Source of the DNA: Polyangiales bacterium
GTDB taxonomy: Bacteria; Myxococcota_A; Polyangia; Polyangiales; Ga0077539
NCBI GenBank assembly: GCA_041389825.1
Contig: JAWKRC010000007.1
Span: 1 to 61,092 of the forward strand
DNA: 61,092 nucleotides
Reading direction: 5' to 3'
Part shown: positions 46,085 through 57,434 of the stretch, piece after piece
Numbering within the stretch: the stretch's first letter is position 1
Layout of the letters: the number at the start of each line of letters is the position of its first letter
Position numbers and translations under genes: made by a program
Notes under the pieces: model-generated
The model's database searches: none
Seen by the model: the letters and a program-made list of their open reading frames with translations, nothing else
Told to the model about the DNA's origin: nothing

Positions 46085-48694
46085 TCATCCGCGCCGCGGC
46101 GCGGGCGGCGTCGCGGTGCGGCCGTCTTCGGGCCACGGGTGGCGGGGGTACTTGCGGCACAGCTCCTTGCGGATGCCGGCGTAGTGGCGCGACCAGAAGC
46201 CCGCGAGGTCGGTGGTCACCTGCACCGCGCGCTGGTTCGGCGCGAGGAGGTGCAGCACCAGCGGCACGCGCCCCGACGCGACCCGCGGGCCCTCGGCCAT
46301 GCCGAAGAAGTCCTGCAAGCGCGACTCGATCCACGGGGCCTTCGCCCGCACCCAGTGCACCTTCACCGCGCGGCCTCCGGGCAGGGTCACCCGCTCCGGC
46401 GCGGCGCGGTCGATGAGCGCGCGCTGCGTGCCGTCGAGGCCCGCGCGCAGCCCTTCGAGGAGCCCCGCGTCGCGGAGCTCCGCGAAGCTCCGCCGACCCT
46501 CGCACAGCCGCCGCAGCGCCTCGCCCAGCGCGTCGTCGCCCGGCGGGGCGATCTTCGCCTCGGGGAACTGCTCCGCCACGAACGCGAGCCGCGCGACCCA
46601 GCGATCGAGCGCGTCGCGGTCCCCCGCGAAGTGCGACACGCCCTTCGCGAGCGCCTCTCGCGCGAGCACGTCGGCGACGGCTCGCTCGGCCTCGGGGCTC
46701 GGCGGCGCGCGCCCCTCGTCGAGCAGGAGGCCCCGGTAGTAGAGCCGCGTCACCGCGTCGACCCGCTCGTCGGCGGCGACCCAGCGCCCCTCGACGGTCT
46801 CGCGGATCGCGTCGGGGAAGAGCTCCATCAGCCACTCGGGCTCGATCGCGCTCGCGCTCCGCACCACCGCGCCGCGCGCCTTCACGTCGGTGCGCTCCTC
46901 GGCGTCGACCGCGACGAGGAACTCCGCGCGCTGCACCTCGCTCCGCGGGTCGAGCTTCGCGGAGCCTCCGTTCACCATCACCAGCTCCAGGCCCCGCAGC
47001 CGCCGCGCGACCCGGTCGGGGTAGCCCGCGAGGAGCGCCACGCGCAGCGCCTCGTCGGCGTCTCCCGGTGACGCGCCCGTGCCCTCGGACTCCACCGACC
47101 GCGCGACGCGCGAGAGCTGCCGACGCACGCGCTCCACCGCCGCCACGGCCCCGGGGTCGAGGCCCTCGTCGCGCAGCGCGCGCGCGTCGAAGCCCTGCGC
47201 CGCCGCGGCCTCGAAGCGCGCGACCAACGCGGTCACGTCGGAGTCTCCGTGCGCCTCGGCCTCGCGCGGAGACCACCCCCCGCCCCCGCCCGCGAGCCCC
47301 GCCCCGCGTCGCGCCGCGGAGATGTCTCGCTCGCCCAACAGCGCCGCGGCGGTGCAGCCCCGGTCGAGCGATCCCTGCCGCGCCGACTCGACCACCACGC
47401 GCGCGAGCCGCGGGTGCAAGGGGAGCCGGAGCATCGCGCGTCCCGTCGGCGTGAGCGCGCCCGTCGCGGTGACCGCGCCGAGGTCGCGCAGGAGCGACTC
47501 GGCCGCGTCGAGGGCGGCGTCGGTGGGCGGCTCGAACCAGCCGAAGTCGCGCGGCTCGCGCACCCCGCTCGCGTGGAGCTCCAGGGTCGTCTCGGCGAGG
47601 TCGAGGCGCTTCACCTCGGGCGGGTCGAACTCGGGCCGCGCTTCGTAGTCGTGCCGCGTGTAGAGCCGCAGGCACACGCCCTCGCGCGTTCGCCCCGCGC
47701 GCCCCGCGCGCTGCGTCGCCGACGCCTTCGACACCTTCTGCACCCGCAGCGTGGGCAGCCCCGACCAGGGCGCGTGCGCCGCGACGCGCGCGAGGCCGCC
47801 GTCGATCACCGCGGCCACGCCGTCGATGGTCACCGAGGTCTCGGCCACGTTCGTCGAGAGGATCACCTTGCGCTTCGACGCGGGGTTCACCGCGCGGTCC
47901 TGCTCGGCGGGGGGCAGGTCGCCGTGCAGCGGGAGTACGAGGAGGTCGTGGCGTCGGGCGAGGTCGGCGCAGGTCTCCATCGCGCGGCGGATCTCGGCCG
48001 CGCCGGGGAGGAAGACCAGCACGTCTCCGTCGAGCCCGCGCGTGACCAGCGAGCCCAGGGCCGAAGAGACCAGCGCCGAGAGGGGGCGGTCGTCCATGCG
48101 CGGGAGGTGCTCGACCGCGACGTCGAAGCGCCGCCCCTCCGAGCGCACCGTGGGCGCGGGGTCGTCGTCGCCCCCGAGGAAGCGCGCGACGGGACCGCCG
48201 TCGAGCGTCGCGCTCATCACCACCAGCTTGAGGTCGGGCCGCGCGCCCCGTTGCAGCGCGCGCAGCATCGCGAGCGCGACGTCTCCCTGCAGGTGCCGCT
48301 CGTGGAACTCGTCGAGCACCACCGCGCCGACCTTGGGCAGCGTCGGGTCGGAGAGGAGCCTGCGCGTCAACACCCCCTCGGTGACGAAGCGGATGCGCGT
48401 GCGCGCCGACGAGACGTCTTCGAAGCGCACCTGCCAGCCGACGGTCTCGCCGGGCTTCTCTCCGCGCTCGTCGGCGACGCGGCGGGCGGCCATGCGCGCG
48501 GCGAGACGTCGGGGTTCGAGCACCACCACCTCGCGGTCGCCCGCGAGCCCCGCGTCGAGGATGGCGCCCGGCACGCGGGTGGTCTTGCCCGCGCCGGGCG
48601 GGGCTTCGAGCACGGCCGCGCCGCGCGCGCGCAGGGCGTCGAGGAGCGCGGGCAGCGCTGCGTCGACGGGGAGCGGTGTCATCGGTGGGGCCAT
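46085..48694 (-). CDS. hrpB: ATP-dependent RNA helicase HrpB
   Basis: MAPPMTPLPVDAALPALL...LEAPPGAGKTT (Walker A), DEFHER (DEAH), SATL, and the HA2/OB plus HrpB C-terminal domain ...FFGM.... Confidence 0.85.
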   Translation of the reverse strand: MAPPMTPLPVDAALPALLDALRARGAAVLEAPPGAGKTTRVPGAILDAGLAGDREVVVLEPRRLAARMAARRVADERGEKPGETVGWQVRFEDVSSARTRIRFVTEGVLTRRLLSDPTLPKVGAVVLDEFHERHLQGDVALAMLRALQRGARPDLKLVVMSATLDGGPVARFLGGDDDPAPTVRSEGRRFDVAVEHLPRMDDRPLSALVSSALGSLVTRGLDGDVLVFLPGAAEIRRAMETCADLARRHDLLVLPLHGDLPPAEQDRAVNPASKRKVILSTNVAETSVTIDGVAAVIDGGLARVAAHAPWSGLPTLRVQKVSKASATQRAGRAGRTREGVCLRLYTRHDYEARPEFDPPEVKRLDLAETTLELHASGVREPRDFGWFEPPTDAALDAAESLLRDLGAVTATGALTPTGRAMLRLPLHPRLARVVVESARQGSLDRGCTAAALLGERDISAARRGAGLAGGGGGWSPREAEAHGDSDVTALVARFEAAAAQGFDARALRDEGLDPGAVAAVERVRRQLSRVARSVESEGTGASPGDADEALRVALLAGYPDRVARRLRGLELVMVNGGSAKLDPRSEVQRAEFLVAVDAEERTDVKARGAVVRSASAIEPEWLMELFPDAIRETVEGRWVAADERVDAVTRLYYRGLLLDEGRAPPSPEAERAVADVLAREALAKGVSHFAGDRDALDRWVARLAFVAEQFPEAKIAPPGDDALGEALRRLCEGRRSFAELRDAGLLEGLRAGLDGTQRALIDRAAPERVTLPGGRAVKVHWVRAKAPWIESRLQDFFGMAEGPRVASGRVPLVLHLLAPNQRAVQVTTDLAGFWSRHYAGIRKELCRKYPRHPWPEDGRTATPPAPRRG

Positions 48695-48763
48695 GGGCGA
48701 GCGTTGACGAAAAGGTGACGGCGAGAGCGGCCCGGATACCTTGCGCGGCGAAGGAGGTCCACG

Positions 48764-49132
48764 TTGGACATCAAGAAGATCATCGCGCGGCTGCCGTCGG
48801 GATACGTGGAGGAGACCGCCGGGATGGACGGCGCCCAGCTCCGGTCGGAGATCATCAAGGCCGAGGCCTCGCTCCGCGAGGTCGACAAGGAGCAGAAGGC
48901 CGACGAGAAGCTGCAGGGCGCCAAGGAGCTGCTCAAGGACCTCGCCGGCGCCTACAACGACGCGCGCAAGGCCCAGCGCGCCAAGATCGCCTACACGCTC
49001 CACATGCTCGACGAGCGCGGCGAGCTCGGCGAGGCGGAGTTCAACCCCGACGGCGACCTCACCACGCGCGAGAGCCGCCCCGCCCCCGCGCGCGCCGCCG
49101 CCGCGCCCGCCAAGAAGACCCGCGCCGCCTGA
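48764..49132 (+). CDS. small Lys/Glu-rich hypothetical protein with basic Ala/Lys tail
   Basis: 122 aa. MDIKKIIARLPSGYVEETAGMDGAQLRSEIIKAEASLREV..., a predicted coiled coil, ending ...AAAAPAKKTRAA. Sits in the region divergent from hrpB and upstream of the repeat array. Confidence 0.55.
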   Translation: MDIKKIIARLPSGYVEETAGMDGAQLRSEIIKAEASLREVDKEQKADEKLQGAKELLKDLAGAYNDARKAQRAKIAYTLHMLDERGELGEAEFNPDGDLTTRESRPAPARAAAAPAKKTRAA

Positions 49133-49164
49133 GCGCAGCGCGGAGCCCGAACCCCTTCCTTCGC

Positions 49165-49320
49165 TTCGCCCTACCCCTGGAATGAACCATCCCCGCCCAG
49201 GGGAGACTCATCCCTACCCCTGGGATGAAACTCGCCTGCGCAGGGGAGATTCATCCCTGCCCCTGGGATGAAACATCCCTAGCCCTGGGGGGTTGCATCC
49301 CTGCCCTGGGGTCACTCCCC
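49165..49320. repeat. tandem array of about 7 degenerate 21-23 bp units built around the inverted repeat TTCATCCC-N7-GGGATGAA
   Basis: Read directly: ttcgccctacccctggaatgaac / catccccgcccaggggagactc / atccctacccctgggatgaaac / tcgcctgcgcaggggagattc / atccctgcccctgggatgaaac / atccctagccctggggggttgc / atccctgccctggggtcac. Units 3 and 5 are near-identical with perfect 7-8 bp arms. Unit 4 contains the palindrome CCTGCGCAGG. Confidence 0.6.
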
Positions 49321-50733
49321 CCGACGGCCTGAGAGCATCGCCTGCAGCCGCGCGAGCTCCGCGGGCTCGGCGAGCACCGTGAGGTCCGCGCCCGCGTCGC
49401 CCCACTCCTCTTCGAGCACGCGCGTCGCGCGGTGGGCCTCGCTCACCACCTTCGCCATCGCGTGCGGCACGTGCAGCGTCGCGCGCACCATCCCCTCGGC
49501 GAAGAAGTCGAGGATCATCGCCCGCACCCGCGCGACGTCCTCCGGGGCCTTCGCCGAGACGTAGATCGCGTCGGGGAAGCGCGACTCGGCCTCGTCGCGC
49601 TGCGCCTCGGTCATGCGGTCGACCTTGTTCACCACGAGCCGCGTGGCGATGTCTCCCGCGCCGATCTCTTCGAGCACCTCGCGCGTCACCGCGAGCTGGT
49701 TCCACACGTCGGGGTCGCTGCCGTCGACGACGTGCAGGAGCAGCGACGCCTCGCGCGCCTCGTCGAGCGTCGACCGGAACGACGCCACGAGGTCGTGCGG
49801 CAGCTTCTTGATGAAGCCCACGGTGTCGCTCACCAGCACCCGCGGCCTGCCCTCGGGGTGCAGCGCGCGCACGGTCGTGTCGAGCGTCGCGAAGAGCTTG
49901 TCGGCGACGTACACCTCGCTCCCCGTGAGCGCGCGCATCAGCGAGCTCTTGCCCGCGTTGGTGTAGCCCACGAGCGCCACGCGCTTCTGCTCCTGCCGCC
50001 GCGCGCGCCGCACCTCCTGCTCGTGCGCCACCGAGGCGAGCTCGCGCTTCAGCTCCGCCACCCGGTCACGGATGCGCCGCCGGTCGAGCTCCAGCGCGCT
50101 CTCGCCCGCGCCCTTTCCGCCGATGCCGCCGCGCTGGCGGTCGGCGCCGCCGCCCTCGCGCATCCGCGGGGCGATGTAGTTGAGCCGCGCGATCTCGACC
50201 TGCAGCCGCGCCTCTCGGCTGCGCGCGTGCCGGTGGAAGATCTCGAGGATCACCGCGGTGCGGTCCATCACCTCGACGCCCGTGGCGCGCTCCAGGTTGC
50301 GCGCCTGCGTCGGGGTGAGCTCGTGGTCCACCGCGACGAGGGCGACCTTCGCGTCGGTCGCGGGGGTCGGGGCCTCTCCGTCGTCGGCGAGGTCGAGCGC
50401 GGTCTCGTCGTCGTCGAGGCCGAGGTCGTCGTCGTCCTCGTCGTCGCCCGCCTCCGCGTCGATGCGGCGCACTTTTCGCGTCGCGCCCGAGGGGATGACG
50501 CCGGTGCCGCCCGTGAGGTCGGCGAGCTCCTTGAGCTTGCCCTCGCCCAACACCGCGGCCGCGGAGAGACGCGCGCGGCGCTGCGAGACGGTGCCGACGA
50601 CCTCGTAGCCGAGGGTGTGTACGAGGCGCTCGATCTCCTGCATCGAGGCGAGGTGCGCGGCGTCGTCGACGTCGGGGAGCTGCGCGCCGACGATCACGGC
50701 CTTGGGGCGTGTGGCTCTGGGATCGGTTTCCAT
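49312..50733 (-). CDS. hflX: GTPase HflX with ~45-aa poly-acidic insertion
   Basis: METDPRATRPKAVIVGAQLP... HflX N-domain, G-domain VALVGYTNAGKSSLMRALTG, DTVGF, NKVD. Insertion DAEAGDDEDDDDLGLDDDETALDLADDGEAP between the N-terminal subdomains. The upstream part of ORF 49312..50925 is an extension. Confidence 0.85.
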   Translation of the reverse strand: METDPRATRPKAVIVGAQLPDVDDAAHLASMQEIERLVHTLGYEVVGTVSQRRARLSAAAVLGEGKLKELADLTGGTGVIPSGATRKVRRIDAEAGDDEDDDDLGLDDDETALDLADDGEAPTPATDAKVALVAVDHELTPTQARNLERATGVEVMDRTAVILEIFHRHARSREARLQVEIARLNYIAPRMREGGGADRQRGGIGGKGAGESALELDRRRIRDRVAELKRELASVAHEQEVRRARRQEQKRVALVGYTNAGKSSLMRALTGSEVYVADKLFATLDTTVRALHPEGRPRVLVSDTVGFIKKLPHDLVASFRSTLDEAREASLLLHVVDGSDPDVWNQLAVTREVLEEIGAGDIATRLVVNKVDRMTEAQRDEAESRFPDAIYVSAKAPEDVARVRAMILDFFAEGMVRATLHVPHAMAKVVSEAHRATRVLEEEWGDAGADLTVLAEPAELARLQAMLSGRRGE

Positions 50734-50811
50734 GAAAGGGCCGCGGAGGGTATCACCGCCCGAGGGCGGGGCTTGCGGGAGAGCGTCGCGCGGGAGACAA
50801 CCCGCACCGCC

Positions 50812-51510
50812 GTGAACACCGAGCCCGATACGCGCTGCCCGCGCTGCGACAAACCCCCGAGCTTCTGCGTCTGCGACCGCATCTCGCCGCAAGAGACCCG
50901 CACCCGCGTGCTCATCCTCCAGCACCCCCGCGAGCAGGACCGCGACTACGGCACCGCCTCGCTCGTCCTCGCGATGCTCCCGAAGGCCGAGAAGCGCGTG
51001 GGGCTCTCATGGGCCTCGCTCGCCGCGGCGACGGGGGACGACGCCGCCGACGCGAAGCGCTGGGCCGTGCTCTACCCCCACTCGCTCCTCAAGGAACTCC
51101 CGCCCGACCTCAAGGCCAAGCCCGTGCTCTTCCTCGACCGGCAGGGCGACGAGCGCGAAGACAAGCAACCCCTCGACGGCGTGATCGTGCTCGACGGGTC
51201 GTGGTCGCAGGCCAAGGCCATCTGGTGGCGCAACGCGTGGCTCCTGAAGCTCAACCGCGCCGTACTCAACCCGAAGGAGCCGTCGATCTACGGAAAGCTC
51301 CGCCGCGAGCCCCGCCGCGAGGCCGTCTCGACCCTCGAAGCCGTGGGCGACCTGCTCGTGGCGAACGGCGAGGCGAACGAGGTGCGGGAGGCGCTCCGCA
51401 AGGTCTTCCGCACGATGGTGCAGCGCGCGCGCGACGCCGCGGCGAAGTCGACGCAGACGGGTGGGCAGCCCGCCCCCGAGGCGACCGACGACAGCGCCGA
51501 CGAGCCCTGA
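50812..51510 (+). CDS. DTW-domain protein (tRNA-uridine aminocarboxypropyltransferase family)
   Basis: ...CPRCDKPPSFCVCD...LILQHPRE...DGSWSQAK (DTW motif VLDGSWSQA). C-terminal part of ORF 49432..51510. GTG start chosen at 50812. Confidence 0.75.
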   Translation: MNTEPDTRCPRCDKPPSFCVCDRISPQETRTRVLILQHPREQDRDYGTASLVLAMLPKAEKRVGLSWASLAAATGDDAADAKRWAVLYPHSLLKELPPDLKAKPVLFLDRQGDEREDKQPLDGVIVLDGSWSQAKAIWWRNAWLLKLNRAVLNPKEPSIYGKLRREPRREAVSTLEAVGDLLVANGEANEVREALRKVFRTMVQRARDAAAKSTQTGGQPAPEATDDSADEP

Positions 51511-51643
51511 AAAGGGGCGTTGAAGACGCCCGATGCCTTTCCGTATATGTTCCGCGCCGCTCCGGGACTGGAGGGTTACGCCGCGGCGGGGCCGCGGGTC
51601 ACCACACCGGGGGAGCGTCACCCTTCCAGGAGGTCCATCCACC

Positions 51644-52684
51644 GTGATTCACCGTCGCGCTTCGTTCCTCTCCGCCGCGCTCGTGGCGGGGGCTTCCCTC
51701 TCCGTCGGCGCGGGCTGCGCGCGCACCGCGACCTTCGCCGTCACCCGCCCCGCGATGCTCAACGCGGCCGCGGTCGGCAACACGATGCAGGTCCGCCCCG
51801 TCCAGGCCGCCACGGGCATGCCCATGGATTTCCAGGCCGCGGCCGAGATCACGGCCGACCTGCAGGGCCGCATCACCAACAGCCTCAACCCCTCGATCCG
51901 CCTCGTGGCCGCCAACGGCGGCGTGGTCATCACCGGCACGCTGATCAACAACGTCTACGGCGAGGAGATCCAGCGCAGCGAGGGCACCTGCACCCGCTCG
52001 GTGCCGTACTACTCCCAGGGCCGCACGCAGTACCGCGTCGAGACCTACGCCTGCACCAACCTCACGCGCATCGGCACCGCGCAGGCGACGATCCAGTTCC
52101 AGGTGCTGCACGGCACCTCGGGCGAGGCGATCTTCGACCAGACCTATCAAGACACCGCGCGCAACACGACCACGGGCCGCATCAGCGCGTACGAGCGCGC
52201 CGAGCCGCCGCCCATCGACGGCCTCGGGATGCTCCACGCCGTGCGCGCGAACCTCACCGACCAGTTCGCGCGGGTCATCCTCCCGTGGCGCGAGAACGTC
52301 ACCGTCGAGTTCGAGGACTGCGACGGCGAGGCGCGCTGCCGCCAGGGCTTCGAGATGGTGCAGCACGGCAACCTCGCCGGCGCCGAGCCCCTCTTCACCG
52401 CGGTGATCGGCCAGTTCTCGAACCCCGGCGTCCCGGTGCCCCCGGGCCAGGCCGAGCGCATCGGCGAGGCCTTCTACAACCGCGGCATCACCCGGTCGTA
52501 CATGGGCAACTACGCCCGCGCCGTGGCCGACCTGACCCGCGCGATCCAGCTCCGCCCCGACGAGAGCGACTGGCAGCAGGAGCTCCAGAACGCGCAGCGC
52601 ATGGCCCGCGACCAGGAGTCGCTGCGCCAGCAGGGCGCGGTGCAGAACGAGACCCAGAACGTGCAGCAGGCGGGCACCCCGTGA
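51644..52684 (+). CDS. lipoprotein with C-terminal TPR-like region
   Basis: AGGAGG RBS 9 nt upstream of GTG. VIHRRASFLSAALVAGASLSVGAGC lipobox. C-terminal ...AFYNRGITRSYMGNYARAVADLTRAIQLRPDE is TPR-like. Confidence 0.65.
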   Translation: MIHRRASFLSAALVAGASLSVGAGCARTATFAVTRPAMLNAAAVGNTMQVRPVQAATGMPMDFQAAAEITADLQGRITNSLNPSIRLVAANGGVVITGTLINNVYGEEIQRSEGTCTRSVPYYSQGRTQYRVETYACTNLTRIGTAQATIQFQVLHGTSGEAIFDQTYQDTARNTTTGRISAYERAEPPPIDGLGMLHAVRANLTDQFARVILPWRENVTVEFEDCDGEARCRQGFEMVQHGNLAGAEPLFTAVIGQFSNPGVPVPPGQAERIGEAFYNRGITRSYMGNYARAVADLTRAIQLRPDESDWQQELQNAQRMARDQESLRQQGAVQNETQNVQQAGTP

Positions 52685-54105
52685 AGGGTCGCAGGGCCAT
52701 CGCCGCGGCGGCGCTGGTCGCCGCGGGCAGCGCCGCCCTGTGGTCGTGCCGGCCGCAGGGCGACACCACGGTGAACGCCGCGCAGCTCCAGGCGTCGAAC
52801 GCGCAGTTCTACCAGGAGCAGATCCGCCTCGCGCGCGAGGCCCTCGCCCGGCAGGAGTGGGAGGCCGCGCGGCAGAACCTCGAGGGCATCGTCGAGGCCC
52901 TCCCCGCGACGGACCCGCTGGGCGCCGAGGCGCGCGCGGGCCTCGCCGAGATCGCCTTCGAGCTCGGCGACTACCAGCGGGCGATGACCGTCGCGGCCGA
53001 GGTGCCCGCGGGCACGCCCCACTCGGCGCGCGCGTTGGAGTACCGCGGGCTCGCGCAGCTCTTCTCGTGCGACTTCGACGCGGCGACGCAGACCTTCTAC
53101 CAGCTCGCCGAGGTCGACCCGCCCCGCGGCCGGGTGTGGCTCGGCGTGGCCGCCGCGTGGACGGGCGCCGACGCCAACGCCGACCGCGAGCTCACCCAGG
53201 TGGTGGACTCGTACGGCCAGAGCGAGCACGCGCCCAACGCGCGCTTCTACCTCGCGCAGCTCGCCCTCTGGCAGCGCCGCGCGGGGCCCGCGCAGCGGAG
53301 GCTGGGTGAGCTGCGCAACGGGACGCCCGACTACCTCACGACCCTCGACCAGCGCGCGCAGAACTGGCTCGGGCGGCGCACGCACCTGATGCGGTCGTAC
53401 TTCACCTTCGACACGCTCTCGCGCCTGTCGCGCATGAGCCAGTCGCAGGCGGCGGTGGAGCAGGACCAGCGCGCCGACCAGGCGCTGCAGATGCTCCAGC
53501 AGAACCCGGGCGCGTGCGCGCCGCAGGTGCAGCGGCTCGCGCAGGCGAGGGCCGCGGGCGCGGCCGACCGCGAGGCCTTCGCCGCGGCCAACCGCGACCA
53601 GGACGGCGACGGCATCCCCGACGAGCGCGACCGCTGCCGCGACCAGCCCGAGACCGTGAACGGCGTGCAGGACGACGACGGCTGCCCCGAGGCGACGGCG
53701 GCGATCTCGCTCGAGGGCAACCAGATCCGCTTCCTGAACAACTTCCAGATCAACTTCGACACGGGCACGGCCGACGTGGTCGCGGGCTCGCAAGACGGCA
53801 TCCGGCAGATCGGGCGCTTCATGCAGAGCCCGCAGTACCAGTGGATCCGCCGCATCCGCCTCGAGGGCCACACCGACGACGTGGGCGACGCGCAGGCCAA
53901 CGAGGAGCTCGCCATGGCCCGCGTGCGCCGCGTGATGGTCATGCTCCACAACGAGGGCGTCGACACCGACCGGATGCACCCGGTCTCCTACGGCGAGTCT
54001 CGCCCCGCCGTCCCCGGCACCAGCGAAGAGGCCCGCGCGCAGAACCGCCGCGTCGAGATCTTCGTCGAAGACCCGCCGATGTTCGGCGGCGTCCGCCAGC
54101 GCTGA
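52681..54105 (+). CDS. OmpA-family peptidoglycan-binding protein with N-terminal TPR region and thrombospondin-type-3-like Asp motif
   Basis: Signal VKGRRAIAAAALVAAGSAALWSC. ...DQDGDGIPDERDRCRD (TSP3/OmpA linker). The OmpA C-domain ...NFDTGTADV...RLEGHTDDVGDAQANEELAMARVRRV...NRRVEIFV. The GTG overlaps the upstream stop. Confidence 0.75.
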   Translation: MKGRRAIAAAALVAAGSAALWSCRPQGDTTVNAAQLQASNAQFYQEQIRLAREALARQEWEAARQNLEGIVEALPATDPLGAEARAGLAEIAFELGDYQRAMTVAAEVPAGTPHSARALEYRGLAQLFSCDFDAATQTFYQLAEVDPPRGRVWLGVAAAWTGADANADRELTQVVDSYGQSEHAPNARFYLAQLALWQRRAGPAQRRLGELRNGTPDYLTTLDQRAQNWLGRRTHLMRSYFTFDTLSRLSRMSQSQAAVEQDQRADQALQMLQQNPGACAPQVQRLAQARAAGAADREAFAAANRDQDGDGIPDERDRCRDQPETVNGVQDDDGCPEATAAISLEGNQIRFLNNFQINFDTGTADVVAGSQDGIRQIGRFMQSPQYQWIRRIRLEGHTDDVGDAQANEELAMARVRRVMVMLHNEGVDTDRMHPVSYGESRPAVPGTSEEARAQNRRVEIFVEDPPMFGGVRQR

Positions 54106-54128
54106 CGCTCCCCCGCCTCTCCCCTCAC

Positions 54129-54176
54129 CCTCCGCGGCGCGCTGACGGTATCGTCCGCCGCGGAGGTCTCTTCTCA
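54129..54176 (+). terminator. hairpin plus T-rich tract downstream of the OmpA-like gene
   Basis: cctccgcggcgc-14 nt-ccgccgcggagg, an 11/12 bp stem, followed by tctcttctcac. It ends 1 nt before the next gene's ATG, so it may be an attenuator or part of the 5' UTR rather than a true terminator. Confidence 0.3.
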
Positions 54177-54177
54177 C

Positions 54178-56409
<2,232 letters not shown>

Positions 56410-56457
56410 CCCCCCACCGTTGAACCTCCGCCGCGCGGCGTGGTACGCGCGGCGTCG

Positions 56458-57434
56458 ATGAAGCTCGCCACCCTCCGCGCAGGGGGCCGCGACGGCTCCC
56501 TCGCCGTGGTCTCCTCCGACGGCGCCCGCCTCGCCCGCGCGGCGAGCGTCGCCCCCACCCTCCAGGCCGCCCTCGACGACTGGGAGCGCTGCGAGCCCCT
56601 GCTCCGCGCCCTCTCGGCCGACATGGAGTCCGGCCGCGTCACCTGCGAGCCCGTCGACGTCTCGGCCCTGCACGCCCCCTTGCCGCGCGCCTACGAGTGG
56701 GTCGACGGCTCGGCCTTTCTCAACCACGTGCGCCTCGTGCGAAGGCCCGGGGCGCCGAGCCCTCGCCCACCCTCGAGACCGACCCGCTGGTGTGCCAGGG
56801 CGGCTCGGGCGTGCTCCTCGCGCCGACGGAGTCCATCCACGTCGCCGACCCCGCGTGGGGCCTCGATTTCGAGAGCGAGGTGGTGGTGATCCTCGGCGAC
56901 ACCCCCGCGGGCACCGCCGCCGCCGACGCGCACCGCTACGTCCGCCTCGTGACGCTCGCCAACGACGTGACCCTGCGCAACCTCGTGCCCAACGAGCTCG
57001 CCAAGGGCTTCGGGTTCTTTCAGTCGAAGCCCGCGACGGCCTTCGCGCCCTTCGCCGTCACCCCCGACGAGCTCGGCGACGCGTGGCGCGACGGGCGGCT
57101 GCACCTCCAGGTGCGCACCACCCTTAACGGCGCCCTCGTGGGAGACCCCCACGCCGGGCCCGAGATGCACTTCTCCTTCTTCGACCTCATCGCGCACATC
57201 GCCCGCACGCGCGGCTTCACCGCGGGCACGCTGCTCGGGAGCGGCACGGTCTCGAACGAAGACCGCGCGCGCGGCATCTCGTGCCTCGCCGAGCGCCGGA
57301 TGATCGAGACCATCGACGACGGAAAGCCCTCGACCGCGTTCATGAAGCCCGGCGACCGCGTCACCATCGAGGCCCTCGACGCCGAGGGCCGCAGCGTCTT
57401 CGGCCGCATCGCGCAGGAGGTCGTCAGCCCGTGA
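56458..57434 (+). CDS. fumarylacetoacetate hydrolase family protein (fumarylacetoacetase-like), one apparent frameshift ~56740-56800
   Basis: MKLATLRAGGRDGSLAVVSSDG... (56440 frame) continues in the 56697 frame: ...SEVVVILGD...GFFQSKP...GTLLGSGTVSN...FMKPGDRVTIE, FAH-fold motifs. Confidence 0.7.

Noticed and set aside
49165-49320. Possible CRISPR array
   Set aside because: The repeats are directly adjacent or overlapping with no unique spacers. Units are 21-23 bp and degenerate. No cas genes. It is a palindromic tandem repeat, not CRISPR.
49432-50811. First ~460 codons of ORF 49432..51510 on the plus strand
   Set aside because: Antisense to hflX. Only the C-terminal DTW-domain part (from about 50812) is credible.
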